64,000 bases of DNA from Geosiphon pyriformis uo1 (lineage: Eukaryota > Fungi > Glomeromycota): contig JAAOMT010000235.1 in the NCBI GenBank assembly GCA_016748015.1, forward strand, positions 79,453 through 143,452. Direction: 5' to 3'. Below the pieces are notes generated by a model. It ran no database searches. It was not told the DNA's origin and saw nothing but the letters and a program-made list of their open reading frames with translations. Positions 27,712-40,830 of the stretch are shown piece after piece (the first letter of the stretch is position 1; every line of letters begins with the position of its first letter). The translations under genes were made by a program, and so were the position numbers.

Positions 27712-29256
27712 ATGGGTGATTACTCATATCTGCCACAGCAATCAGAAGAACACTATGCAGTACACAACAGAAACAACCTAGATTTCATTGAACTTAATTC
27801 TCTGCCCTCCTCCTTGATCTGCTTTCCCATTGAAGAACAATCCAGCAGACAATTCCAAGACTTTTGGAACTGGTTCCTGAATATGCATTCAGCTAAAACC
27901 TACACAACTTATACAATCTATTACTTTGATCAAGCTTATTTTGAAGATAACTTTAAAGAAAGAAACAACAGTATCAATCAGCTCTTATATTCTACAACCT
28001 TTGAACAACAGCCCCCTGATTTCGAATATCTGAATCATCAAATCCACATTTGGATTGTTGCCCATCAATCAACAGTAACTCCCCTTGAAACAGAAGAAGA
28101 AAGCTACCAAACAGTCCCTATTTTTGATCTCTTCTTAAGTGAATCAGAGCACTCCACACAAACAGTAACTCCTGAACCAATGGCCCAAGATCCAATGCAA
28201 GTAAACATCCTGGCTGCCCTCCAAGGCATACAAACTGCTTTGGGACAAAGAAACAACACCCCACTACTCCTATTCAGAGGTGATGCCCAAGATCTAATTG
28301 AATGGTTGGACAATTTTGAAAGAGCAGCCACTGCAAACCAGTATGATGATGAATATAAGTTCCAAATCGTTGGTGGCTACCTCCAAGGCTCCCCTGCTAC
28401 CTGGTTTTCACAAGAAACCAATGCTGGTGCTCAACAAAGAATTGTTAAATGGACCCCAGCAAATATTGGAGAAAACAACACCTCTTTCACTACCCGGTTT
28501 GAAAACAAATTTAGAACCCCCATCTTAATATCCAAATGGTGCATGGAATTAGAAAGAAGAACCCAAGGTCCTGGTGAAATTGTGACCAAATATGCCAAAG
28601 CAATTAGAAAACTCATCAAGCGTGTAGACTCTGGTAGAAACTGGACTAAAGAGCAAAAGATCCACTCCTTCACAAAAGGATTGAGAACTGATTTATCATA
28701 TGCTTTTTGGCCTCTCTTGGCTTTAAAAGATAATCCCACCATGGATATGGCCATTGAACTCGCCCAAAGAATTGAAGACAATCAAAGAATGCATTTGAGA
28801 TCCACACTTCTAGTTTTTGCTCCTGCTCCTGTTATGGCTCCTACTCCTCAAATAGCCACTACTTCTTTTGCTGCCCAGACACAAGATCCAAATGAACAAT
28901 TAATAGATAGACTTACAGCAAATCTTGCTTGGCTATTAGAACCATTAGCCCAAGCAGTCAGAGATAACTAGCAACCACAAAGACCCAGATTTGAAAACCG
29001 TTTTAATTAGCCCCAGCAACCCCCTTACCAAAGACAGCAAAATCGTGGCCCTCCTGTGTGTTATAGATGTGGATTAACTGGACATTTTTCCAGAGATTGC
29101 AACAATCCTCCACTGCCTCCTCCAGCTCCCAGAAACAATGACAACCAAAACAACAGACCCAACAACAACAACAATGTTCCCAATCATGCCAACATCAATT
29201 TCTTTGGAGAGGATCCCCTAGTTGAAGCCACTGTTTATCAGCCTTTAAACTGGTAG
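27712..29256 (+). pseudogene. gag: Gypsy gag (N-terminal extension, capsid domain, CCHC knuckle)
   Basis: LFRGDAQDLIEWLDNFERAA, YLQGSPATWF, QGPGEIVTKYA, CYRCGLTGHFSRDC; internal stops from C>T. Confidence 0.9.
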
Positions 29257-29290
29257 GCACACCTCCAAAGGGTGAGAGTGCAAGCCAACC
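29244..29290 (+). promoter_or_regulatory. -1 ribosomal frameshift signal (T TTA AAC plus downstream stem-loop)
   Basis: Heptamer is in the gag frame just before TGG TAG; the -1 frame is continuous with the protease ORF; conserved at 38336-38342 (-) and 51411-51417. Confidence 0.75.
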
Positions 29291-31913
29291 AGAAGAAAAC
29301 CTCTTTTATGCTTTTAACTTAACTGATGATGACCATGACATGGATGAACTAGTAATCAACACCTCAGAACCAACCAGAAAGAAGAAAAAAGCCAAGGTTG
29401 ATTTTGTTCTAGACCCCAACAAAGCCTCAACTTCTGCCACTGATAACAATGAGCCACCAAAGGCTAAAGTTTTTAAGAATCCTTCAAAGTTGGAACCCCC
29501 AGAAATTGTACAAAAATCTGGACCCTATTCCTTTGTTAAAGATCTCATGGAAACCCCAGCACATATTACCTTTGGCCAGTTAATGACCCACCTACAGTTC
29601 AGAAAGGATCTTCACAAATCCTTGATTCCAAAGAAAAAGACACCAAAAACCAACAAGTGTCCTCACCAAGCTGTACTTGCTGACAACAGCAATGTCACCC
29701 CTCTGATTTGTAAAGCCCAAGTGGCTGGATACTTCATTGACTTAATTCTGGACAGTGGATCATCTGTTAGTGTCATTGCCAAACACTTCTTGGAAGCAAT
29801 TGGTAGAAAGATTGATGAACCTTTCACCAGACCAATGACCAATGTACATGGTGACAAAAAGAAAGGACTGGGTATTGCCAAAGCTGTTCCTGTCTGCATC
29901 AATGGAATCAGCATTGAAACTGACATGGAAGTTTCTGAAGCCAAAGAATACACCATCATTGTTGGCAATAAATGGCTCAAGAAAGCAAAAGCTTTGCTTG
30001 ATTATGAACTTTGTGAATTAACCATCAGATGTGGTGAGAAACCCATTGTGGTTAAGTGTCACCATTGGAGAACTCCCCCAGTACCCAAACAAAACCAAAA
30101 AGAAGAACAATCAGATGAATCAGATGATGAAGAGAGCGATAAAGAAGAAGAACAAGAAGAGCAAGAAGAAACTACTGAACTCGCTTATACCACCTTCACC
30201 AGCAATGGCAAACCACTGGACAATGTTAAAGCAGACAAAGAAAGAATCATTGTAAATGGCAAGCTAATCTGCTGGCCTTATTATGATATTCTTAGAAGAA
30301 CCTTTGAAAGAAAACCTGGCAAGAAAGCCAAATACAGTTTTTGGTGACATGGTCCTTGTGCCCAGTGTTGGTGCAACAAACTCTTGTATTCTCCAAGTGA
30401 TGAATGTAAATCATGCCTGATCTATTACAGAGATTGGAAACCAATCAGTTTGATACCCAGAGAAGAATTGAAAGAAGTACAGAATTCCTTTGAGAATGAA
30501 CCACCTGAGATTCAATCACTGGTTGTAGAACAAAAAGAACCCTCCCCAGAAGAAAGAAAAATAAACATTGAAAATTTGCTGGCTAAAAATAGCCAAAAAA
30601 GGTGATACCCCTGGACATACTCATGTAATACAACACACCATCACCACCAGAGAAACTTGACCCATCTATTTGAAGCCTTATCAATCCAATCAGCACAATG
30701 ATGAGTTAATCAAGAAAGAGATAAACTGGATGAAAGAACTTGGATTCATACAAGAAACCAAGAGTGAATGGGCTTTCCCAGTTGTAGTAGTATCCAAGAA
30801 AGATGGAATACTATGCTTCTGTGTTGACTACTGCCAATTAAATGCCATCACTGAAAGAGACATGTACCCACTTTTCAAGATTGATGCAATGTTAGACCAA
30901 TTCAAAGATGCTGCTTTCTTCTCAACCATTGACTTAACTGCTGGATTCTGGCAAGTAGAGATGGATCCAGAAAGCAGAAAGAAAACTGCCTTCATCACCA
31001 AGTATGGCATCTATGAATTCACAGTCATGCCTTTTGGTCTCACCAACACCCCTCCCATCTTTCAATGCTTAATGGATAAAGTATTTGAATCAGTCAAGGA
31101 AAACTTTGTTCTAGTCTATTTGGACGACATAATAGTATACTCAAAAACCTGGGATGAACACCTGGAACATTTGCAAAAGGTTTTTGACCTGGCCTCAAGA
31201 TCAACCCAATCAAATCTTTCTTTGAAAGACAATCCACCCAATTTCTTGGTCATCTTATCACAAAAAATGGAATTTTTCCTGACCCAGCCAAAGTTGAAAA
31301 AGTCCAAAACATCAAACAACCAATGAACATTTATGAACTACACTCTTTTCTTGGTTTGGCCTCTTATTATTGCAAATTTGTCAAGAATTTCTCCAAAATC
31401 GCCTCTTCTCTCAATCAGCTACTCAGGAAAAATGTCAATTACCATTGGAAAACACATCAGCAAAAAGCCTTTGAAACTTTAAAGGAAAAACTGGTTACAG
31501 AACTTATCCTCAAGCAACCTGATCTAGATCAACTCTTTATCCTCCATACTGATGCATCTGGTTTTGGACTTGGTGCTGTTCTCTTCCAGAAAGATAAAGA
31601 TGGCAAAAAACATGCCATAGTTTATGCCAGTAGAACCCTTTCCCTAGCAGAACAGAACTATTCAGTCACTGAACAAGAATGCTTAGCAGTAGTATGGTCC
31701 ACCAGTTACTGAAGTAAGTATCTTCTTGGTGTGAAGTTTTTGGTAGTAACAGATCACCAAGCTTTGGTTTGGCTGCACAACAAAAAGAGGCTAGAACACA
31801 AACAGATAACTCACTGGATACTCCACTTGGATGAATTTGACTATGATATTCAACATCACAAAGAAGCTAATCATCAAAATGCTGATGCTCTTTCCAGACT
31901 TACCATCCAGTGA
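29250..31913 (+). pseudogene. pol: Gypsy pol: protease, RT, RNase H (ends at a stop after NADALSRLTIQ)
   Basis: LILDSGSS, FCVDY, IDLTAGFWQV, KTAF, MPFGL, VYLDD, TDASG, EQECLAVV, VTDHQAL, NADALSR. Confidence 0.92.
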
Positions 31914-31980
31914 CAGAACAAACCTCTCAAACCAAACCAACTTAATTATTAATAATTCCCACTTTTTGACAAACACGATA

Positions 31981-34900
31981 ATGAACTTGGACAACTACTC
32001 TGCCTTAATAGAATTTTTGGGTAAAGAACAATACCCACCGAAATACACATGACAACAAAGAGAACATTTGCGCAAACAATCAAATTTCTATTTAATTCAC
32101 TAGAACCAACTTTATAAAAAAAATAGAAAAGATCCTAACCACCCCCAGAGAGTCATCAGATTTGAAGAAAGAGAAATTGTGATCTACAATATGCACACTA
32201 ATCTATTAGCTGGACACTTTGGGAAAACAAAAACAATTCAGAAAACTCTAACTCACTATTATTGGCCTACCTTGGGAAAAGACATTGCTGAATACATCAA
32301 AACCTGTAATATCTGCCAAAGAAGAAGAAAACCCAATCACAAAGAAGATATCCATCCAATCTCTGTTGGTCAACCCTTTAACAGAATTGGTATAGATGTT
32401 GTTGGATCTTTAACAATAACTCCTGATGGCAACAGATACATTATCACAGCTACTGACTATTTTACAAAGTGGGTAGAAGCAAGAGCCACCCCAGACCAAA
32501 CAGCAGTTTCAATAGCCAATTTCATTTATAAAGATATCATTTGTTGCCATGGCTGCCCCAAAGAACTTTTATCTGACAGAGGAAGAGCTTTTCTTAGTAC
32601 ACTTGTTAAAGAACTTTGCAGAAAAATGGGAATACATCACAAACTTTCCTCTCCTTATTACCCCTAAACAAATGGCCTAGTGGAACATTTCAATAGAACA
32701 CTACGTGAAACCCTAGCCAAAACCAGCAAAGAAACAAACTTATGGGACAAAGTACTGCCTTCAGCCTTGTTTGCTTATAGAACTGTGAATTATGACATAA
32801 TAAGTTATGAACCCTTTTATCTATTCTATGGATGAATGGCAATCCTACCAATAGAAACTGACATTGAAACAATACCCTTTGAACAAATAACAATAAGAAA
32901 TTACAAAGACACTTTGCAAAGAAGACTTGGTACTATTCTTGACTCATTAGTAGAAGCACAGATAATTGTCTTTGAAAAGATAAAACAATTCCAAGAGAAG
33001 CTTAAAAAAAAGAAAACATATTGTTATGGGTTGGAGTAACAAGCTAACAGATAGCAAGGAAGAACAGGATTGTAGGGTGATGGAATTAATCAAAAGGGGA
33101 ATTCAACTTTAAAGAGTGAATTGAATGAGTATGGATTCAATGTGTGAGATCAGTCTTATAAAATATCTCAGTTGCTATTCTTTTCAAAGGTAACTGGGGA
33201 ATTTGAAGGTAGAGGGATAGTCCGTACTGTCAACAATTGATCACCACTGGTATAATTCTATGCTTCATGTCGGCACTCTTAGAATTCAATATCAGGTATC
33301 AACTTGTGCTTTTCAGTCACATTTATTCAAATAATCTTCAAATGCTACAATTATATACATCAGGAAAAGGCCAACAAGTAATCTTTTATTCAAAAGATGT
33401 TTAGATACTTGAAGGTAGAGAAAGGGAAATTAGCAATAAGAAAATGTTTGAAATGAAAGTTTGTTATTTTATTTCTTTGATTGTCTTGATTCCTTACATT
33501 GATCATGTCTTTCTACAGCTAAGGAAATCATCACTTATATAGTTATCTAAAGTGGTCAACGATCACTATCTAAAAATAGGGTGGCTAATTATATAACATC
33601 AGTGGCTAATACATGTGATAACTAATAAAAACTATGGGTTTCAACCATAACATCATCCTCTCCAAAGAGATTAAGCTCCGGTGAAATCAAGCTATTTATG
33701 AGATAGTCTATGTGAAGGGTTTTGTCTAACTCAAAACTAACTAATTTGTTGAAGTCTTTTGTGGATAAGGTATATAATACTTGAGATGAAATAAGTTTTG
33801 TATCCAAGAGACCAAATCTTTGTATAAGAGTTCTGGCTCTTCTAGCAATAGTCAAAACTCTTGGAACATCTAATCGTATAATGCCCAAATTTCCACTTGT
33901 ATTTCTGAAGTTGTTTTCTTCATGAGCTTCATGTCTTCTATGATTTCACCAAGACAACCATAGAGTTTTAGTTGTCTTCCATATGACAAGTTTTTGTCTA
34001 TGGGCAAGATTTCTTGTATCATTTTTCCAATTGTGCTAGAAGGTGAAAGTATTGCTGCTGTTATGCTTTTTAGCAGGTATTTATCCATTTTGCCACCAAT
34101 TCTTTCCCTTCTGGTAGTTGTTTTCTTTGGTCTGATAACAGTGTGAGTTCCACTGTTGTCTGTTATAGTGGTTTGTTTTCTGATAGTCAGAGTAGCATTT
34201 GGATAGTTCTTGATCCAATACTCATGGAGAGTATAGAAAGCATTTTGAATGTTTTGATCCAGGAAGATACCTCTGTTTTGGGAATGGTGCATTTATTTAT
34301 ATCTGATTTTTACTGATCATTTGGGTTGGTATTACCACAACAGGTAACCAATCAGATTGTTTGTGATATTTCTTGAGTCACGTGCCATGAACAGGGCAAT
34401 CACTGAATATTGTTCCATATTGATCTTGTAGAATATATGAACCATTGTTCAAAACTTTGTTGACTAAAAAAGGTCCTTTCCAGCAGCTGGAGAATTTATC
34501 ACCATAGACATTGTCTCTGTCTGAATGGTATTCCAAAACTAAGTCACCAATACTTAAGGAAAGTGTTTTATAGGTCTTTTTCTTTTTGAGCTTCTCTTGG
34601 AACTGTTTTATCTTTTCAAAGGCAATTATCCGTGCTTCTACCAATGAGTCAAGAATGGTACCAAGTCTTCTTTGCAAAATGTTTTTGTAATCTCCTATTG
34701 TTATTTCTTCAAAAAGTATTGTTTCTATTGGTAGAGTTGCCATTCATCCATAGAGCAGATAAAAGGGTTCATAACTTGTTATGTCATGATTTACAGTTCT
34801 GTAGACAAACAAAGCTGAAGGCAATACTTTGTCCCAGAGGTTGGTTTTTTTACTGGTTTTGGCTAAAGTTTCACATAATGTTCTATTGAATGTTCCACTA

Positions 34901-37900
34901 GGCCATTTGTTTGAGGGTGGTAAGGGGAGGAAAGTTTATGACGTATTTCCATTTTCCTACAAAGTTCTTCAACCAGTATACTAAAAAAAGCTCTTCCTCT
35001 ATCAGATAAAGGTTTTTTGGGGCAGCCGTGACAACAGATAATATCATCATAAATAAAATTGGCAATTGAGACTGCTGTTTGATCTGGGGTGGCTCTTGCT
35101 TCTACCCACTTTGTAAAATAGTCGGTAGCTGTGATAATGTATCTGTTGCCATCAGGAGTTACTGTTAAAGGTCCAACAACATCTATACCAATTCTGTCAA
35201 ATGGTTGACCAACAGAGATCAGATGGATATCTTCCTTGTGATTGGGTTTTCCTCTTCTTTGGCAGGTATCACAGGTTTTGATGTATTCAGCAATGTCTTT
35301 TCCCAAGGTAGGCCAATAATAGTGAGCTAAAGTTTTCTGAATTGTTTTTGTTTTTCCAAAGTGTCCAGCTAATGGATTAGTGTGCATATTGTAGATCACA
35401 ATTTCTCTTTCTTCAAATCTGATAACTCTTTAGGGGCGGTCAGGATCTTTTTTATTTCTTTTATATAACTGGTTCTGGCAAATCAAATAGAAATTTGATT
35501 GTTTGCACAAATGTTCTCTTTGCTGTCGATTATAGTCCAGCGGGTATTGTCCTTTACTCAAAAATTCCATTAAGGCAGAGTAGTTGTCCAAGTCCATTAT
35601 CATGTTTGTTTGTGGGGGAGTTACAAATAATTAAGTTGGTTTGGTTTGAGAGGGTTTTACTATTACTAGATGGTAAGTCTGGAGAGAGCGTCGGCGTTTT
35701 GATAATTAGCTCCTTTGTGGTGTTGAATGTCATAGTTGAATTCATCCAAGTGGAGTATCCAGTGAGTTATCCATTTATGTTCCAGGTTTCTTTTGTTGTG
35801 TAGCCAAACCAAAGCTTGGTGATCTGTTACCACCAAAAATTTTACACCCTTAAGATATTTGTCCCAGTAGCTGGTAGCCCAAACTACTGCTAAGCATTCT
35901 TGCTCAGTGACTGAGTAGTTCCTTTCTGCTGGTGTGAGAATTCTACTGGCATATGCTACGGCATGTTCCCTGCCATCTTCGTCTTTCTGGAAAAAAACAG
36001 CACCAAGTCCATAGCCAGATGCATCAGTATGGAGGATAAAAGGTTGATCCAGATTAGGTTGCATGAAGATGGGTTCTGTAACCAGTTTTTCTTTCAGAAT
36101 TTCAAATGCTTTTTGTTGATGAGTGCCCCAGTGATAATTGATGTTTTTCCTAAGTAGCTGATTAAGAGGAGCAGCAATTTTGGAGAAATCTTTGACAAAC
36201 TTGCAATAATAAGAGGCCAAACCAAGAAAAGAGCGTAGTTTATAAACATTCATTGGTTGTCTAATGTTTTGAACTTTTTCAATTTTGGCTGGATCAGGGA
36301 AGATTCCATCTTTTGTAATAAGATGGCCAAAGAACTGGATGAATTGACATCCAAAGAATGATTTGATTAGATTGATCTTGAGACCAGCATTTCTAAGGAG
36401 GTCAAAAACCTTTTGCAAATGTTTAAGGTGTTCATCCCAGGTTTTTGAGTATACCATTATGTCGTTCAAGTAGACTAGAACAAAGTTTTCTTTTACTGAT
36501 TCAAATACTTTGTCCATTAAGCATTGAAAGGTGGGAGGAGCATTTGTGAGACCAAAAGGCATGACTGTGAATTTGTAGATGCCATACTTGGTGATGAAGG
36601 CAGTTTTCTTTCTGCTTTCTGGATCCATCTCTACTTGCCAGAATCCAGCAGTTAAGTCAATGGTTGAGAAGAAAGCGGCACCATAGAATTGGTCTAGTAT
36701 TGCATCAATCTTGGGAAGTGGGTACATGTCTCTTTCAGTAATGGCATTTAATTGGTGATAGTCAACACAAAAGCGTAGGGTTCCTCCTTTCTTGGATATC
36801 ACTACAACCGGGAATGCCCATTCACTCTTGGTTTCCTGTATGAATCCAAGGTTTTTCATTTGGGTTATTTCCTTTTTGATAAATTCATCATTGCACTGGT
36901 TGGATTGATAGGGCTTCAAATGGATGGGGCAAGTTTCTCTGGTAATGATGGTGTGTTGTATCACATGTGTACATCCAGGAGTTTCATCTTCTTTTGAGAT
37001 AACTGGGTTGTTTCTAGCCAGCAGGTTTTCAATGTCTATCTTTCTTTCTTCTGGAGAGAGTTCTCTTTGTTCTACAACCAGTGATTGGATTTCAGATGGT
37101 TCGTTTTCAAAGGACTTTTGGACTTCTTTTATTTCCTCTTGGGGTATCAAGCTGATTGGTTCCCAATCTTTGTAATAGATCAGACAGGACATGCATTTAT
37201 TGTTAGAAGAATACAATGGTTTGTCGCACCAGCACCAGGCACAAGGACCATGCCACCAATAACTGTATTTGGCTTTCTTGCCTGGCTTTCTGTTAAAAGT
37301 TCTTCTGAGCATGTCATAATAAGGCCAGCAGATCAGCTTGCCATTGACAATAATTCCTTCTTTATCTGCCTTGACATTATCCAGTGGTTTGCCATTACTG
37401 GTAAAGATGGTATAGGCGAGTTTAGCAGTTTCTTTTTGTTCTTCTTGTTTTTCTTCTTCCTCACTTTCTTCATTATCTGATTTGTCTAATTCATTTTCTT
37501 CTGGGCTCTGCTTGGGTACTGGGGGAGTTGTCCAATGGCAATATTTAACCACAATGGGTTTCTCATCACATCTGATGGTTAGTTCACAAAGTTCATAATC
37601 AAGCTTTCTTGAGCCATTCATTGTCAACAATGATGATGTATTCTTTCACTTCAGATACTTCCATATCAGTTTCAATGCTGATGCCATTGATGCGGACAGG
37701 AATAGCTTTGGCTATGCCAAGCCCTTTCTTCTTATCACTATGCACATTGGTCATTGGTCGTGTGGATGGTTCATCAATTTTTCTGCCAATTGCTTCAAGA
37801 AAGTGTTTAACAATAACACTAACAGATGATCCACTGTCTAGGATCAAATTGATGAAGTAGCCAGCCACTTGGGCTTTGCAAATTAGAGGAGTGACATTGC

Positions 37901-40789
37901 TATTGTCAGCAAGTTCAGCTTGGCAAGAGCGTTTGTTGGTTTTGGGTGTCTTTTTCTTTGGAATCAGAGATTTGTGAAGATCTTTTCTGAATTGTGGATG
38001 GGTCATCAATTGGCCAAAGGTTATATGTGCTGGGGTTTCCATGAGGTCTTTGACAACAGAATAGGGGCCGGATTTTTGTACTATTTCTGGGGGTTCCAAC
38101 TTTGGAGGGTTTTTGAAAACTTTAGCTTTTGGTGGTTCATTGTTGTCAGCAGTTGATGTAGAAGCTTTATTGGGGTCCAGAATGAAATCAACTTTGGCTT
38201 TCTTCTTTCTTGTGGATTCAGAGGGGTTGATTGCTAATTCATCCATGTCATGGTCATCATCAGTTAAGTTAAAAGCGTAAAAGGGGTTTTCTTCTGGTTG
38301 GCTTGCACTCTCATCCTTTGGAGGTGTGCCTACCAGTTTAAAGGCTGATAAACAGTGGCTTCAACTAGGGGATCCTCTCCAAAGAAATTGATGTTGGTAT
38401 GATTGGGCATCATTGTTTCTGGGAACTGGTGGAGGCAGTAGAGGATTGTTGCAATTTCTTGAAAAGTGTCCAGTTAATACACAGCGATAGCATACAGGTG
38501 GGCCACAATTTTGTTGTCTTTGATAAGATGGTTGCTGGGACTGATTGAAGCATGGTTCAAATCTGGGTCTTTGTGGTTGTTGATTTTCTCTCTAATAACC
38601 AGGCAAGATTTGCTGTAAGTCTGTCTATTAACTGTTCATTTGAATCTTGAGTGTGAGTGGCAAAAGAAGTAGCAGCCATTTGAGGGGCAGGAGCAGGAGC
38701 AAAAACTGGTAGTGTGGATCCCAAGTGCATCCTTTGGTTATCTTCAATTCTTTGTGCTAATTCAATGACCATATCCATGGTGGGGTTATCTTTCAGGGCC
38801 AGGAGGAGCCAGAGCATACAATAGATCAGTTTTCAATCCTTTTGTGAAGGAGTGAATTTTCTGCTCTTCTGTCCAATTTCTCCCAGAGTCTACACGTTTG
38901 ATTAGCTTTCTAATAGCTTTGGCATATTCAGTCACTACTTCTCCAGGGCCTTGGGTTCTTCTTTCCAATTTCATGTACCATTTGGATATTAATATTGGGG
39001 TTCTGAACTTGGCCTCAAATTGGGTAGTGAAAGAGGTATTTTCTTCTCCAGCATTAATTGGTGTCCATCTGATTATTCTGTGTTGAGCATTGGCATCTGT
39101 TTCTTGTGAGAACCAGGTAGCAGAAGAGCCTTGGAGGTAGCCACCAACAATTTGGAACTTGTATTCTTCATTATACTGGTTGGCTGTGGCAGCTCTCTCA
39201 AAATCATCCAACCATTCAATTGGATCTTGTGCATCACCTCTAAATAGTGGTAGTGGGGTATTGTTTCTTCTTTCTAGAGCAGTTTGTATACCTTGGAGGG
39301 TGGCCAGAATGTTTGCTTGCATGGGGTCATTAGCCATTGGTTCAGGGGTAACTGTTTGTGTATACGAGTCTGATTCACTTGATAAAAGATCAAAAACAGG
39401 GGCAGTTTGGTAGCTTTCTTCTTCTGTTTCAAAGAGAGTTTCAGTTACTTGATGGGCAGCAATCCAGATGTGGATTTGATGATTCAGATATTCGAAATCA
39501 GGAGGCTGTTGTTCAAAGGTTGCAGAATATAAGAGCTGATTGATACTGTTGTTTCTTTCTTCAAAGTCGTTTTCAAAATAAGCTTGGTCAAAGTAATAGG
39601 TTGTATAAGCTGTGTAGGTTTTAGCTGAATACTCGTTCATGAACCAGTTCCAAAAGTCTTGGAATTGTCTACTGGATTGTTCTTCAAGGGGGAAGCAGAT
39701 CAAGCAGGAGGGCAGAAGATTAAGTTCAATAAAATCTAGGTCATTTCTGTTGTGTGCTACAAAGTGTTCTTCTGATTGCTGTGGCAGATATGAGTAATCA
39801 CCCATACAATGAGGGAATAAGTGAATTTTGACAACCTCACAGGGAGCACCACTTTTATGTTATGGATTGGAGTAACAAGCTAACAGATAGCAAGAGAGAA
39901 CAGAATTGTAGGGTGATGGAATTAATCAAAAGGGGAATTCAACTTTAAAGAGCAAATTGAATGAGTATGGATTCAATGTGTGAGATCAGTCTCATAAAAT
40001 ATTTCAGTTGCTATTCTTTTCAAAGGTAACTGAGGAATCTGAAGGTAGAGGGATAGTCTGTACTGTCAACAATTGATCACCACTGGTATAATTCTATGCC
40101 TCACATCGGTGCTCTTAAAATTTAATATCAGGTATCAACTTGTGCTTTTCAGTCACGTTTATTCAAATAATCTTCAAATGCTACAATTATATATGTCAGG
40201 AAAAGGCCAACAAGTAATTTTTTATCCAAAAGATGTTCAGATACTTGAAAGTAGGGAAAGGGAAATTAGCGATAAGAGAATGTCTGAGATGGAAGTTTGT
40301 TATTTTATTTCTTTGATTGTCTTGATTCCTTACATTGATCATGTCTTTCAACAGCTAAGGGAATCATCGCTTATATAGTTATCTAAAGTGGTCAATGACC
40401 AGGTCAATGATCAGGTCAATGATCACTATCTAAAAATAGGGTGGCTAATTATATGACATCAGTGTCTAATACATGTAATAACTAATAAAAACTATGGGTT
40501 TCAACCATAACAATATAAAACACTTTCCTTAAGTGTTGGTGACTTAGTTTTAGAATACCGTTCAGACAGAGACAATGTCTATGGTGATAAATTCTCTAGC
40601 TGGTGAAAAAGACTCTTTATAGTCAACAAAGTTTTGAACAATGGTTCTTATATCTTACAAGATCAATATGGAACAATCTTCAATGATCACTCTGTTCATG
40701 GCACACAACTCAAGAAATATTACAAACGACCTGATTGGTTATCTGTTGTAGTAATACTGACCCAAATGATCAACAAAAATCAGATATAA
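31981..40789 (+). pseudogene. Gypsy integrase as a separate ORF (31981-33021 plus 40517-40789)
   Basis: HTN..AGHFG / CNIC zinc finger, GIDVVG, DYFTKW, SDRG, TNGLVEHFN, VHGTQLKKY; no chromodomain. Confidence 0.88.
33022..40512 (-). mobile_element. Ty3/Gypsy family A copy 2, complete (5' LTR 39858-40512, 3' LTR 33022-33652)
   Basis: TSD ATAT 33018-33021 / 40513-40516; gag from 39805; pol ORFs 37599-38246 and 35666-37630; IN 35603-34297; ORF-X 34292-33622. Confidence 0.95.
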
Positions 40790-40830
40790 ATAAATGCACC
40801 ATTCCCAAAACAGAGGTATTTTCAATCGAC

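Noticed and set aside
29233-29270. 38-nt GT-AG intron joining gag and pol
   Set aside because: Weak donor (GTTTAT) and very short; the in-frame slippery heptamer explains the junction better, though splicing is not formally excluded.
39986-40046. Intron-containing tRNA-Met gene on the LTR antisense strand
   Set aside because: Only the anticodon arm and variable loop match; no acceptor stem, D arm or TTCGA T-loop. Reported as tRNA-complementary boxes instead.
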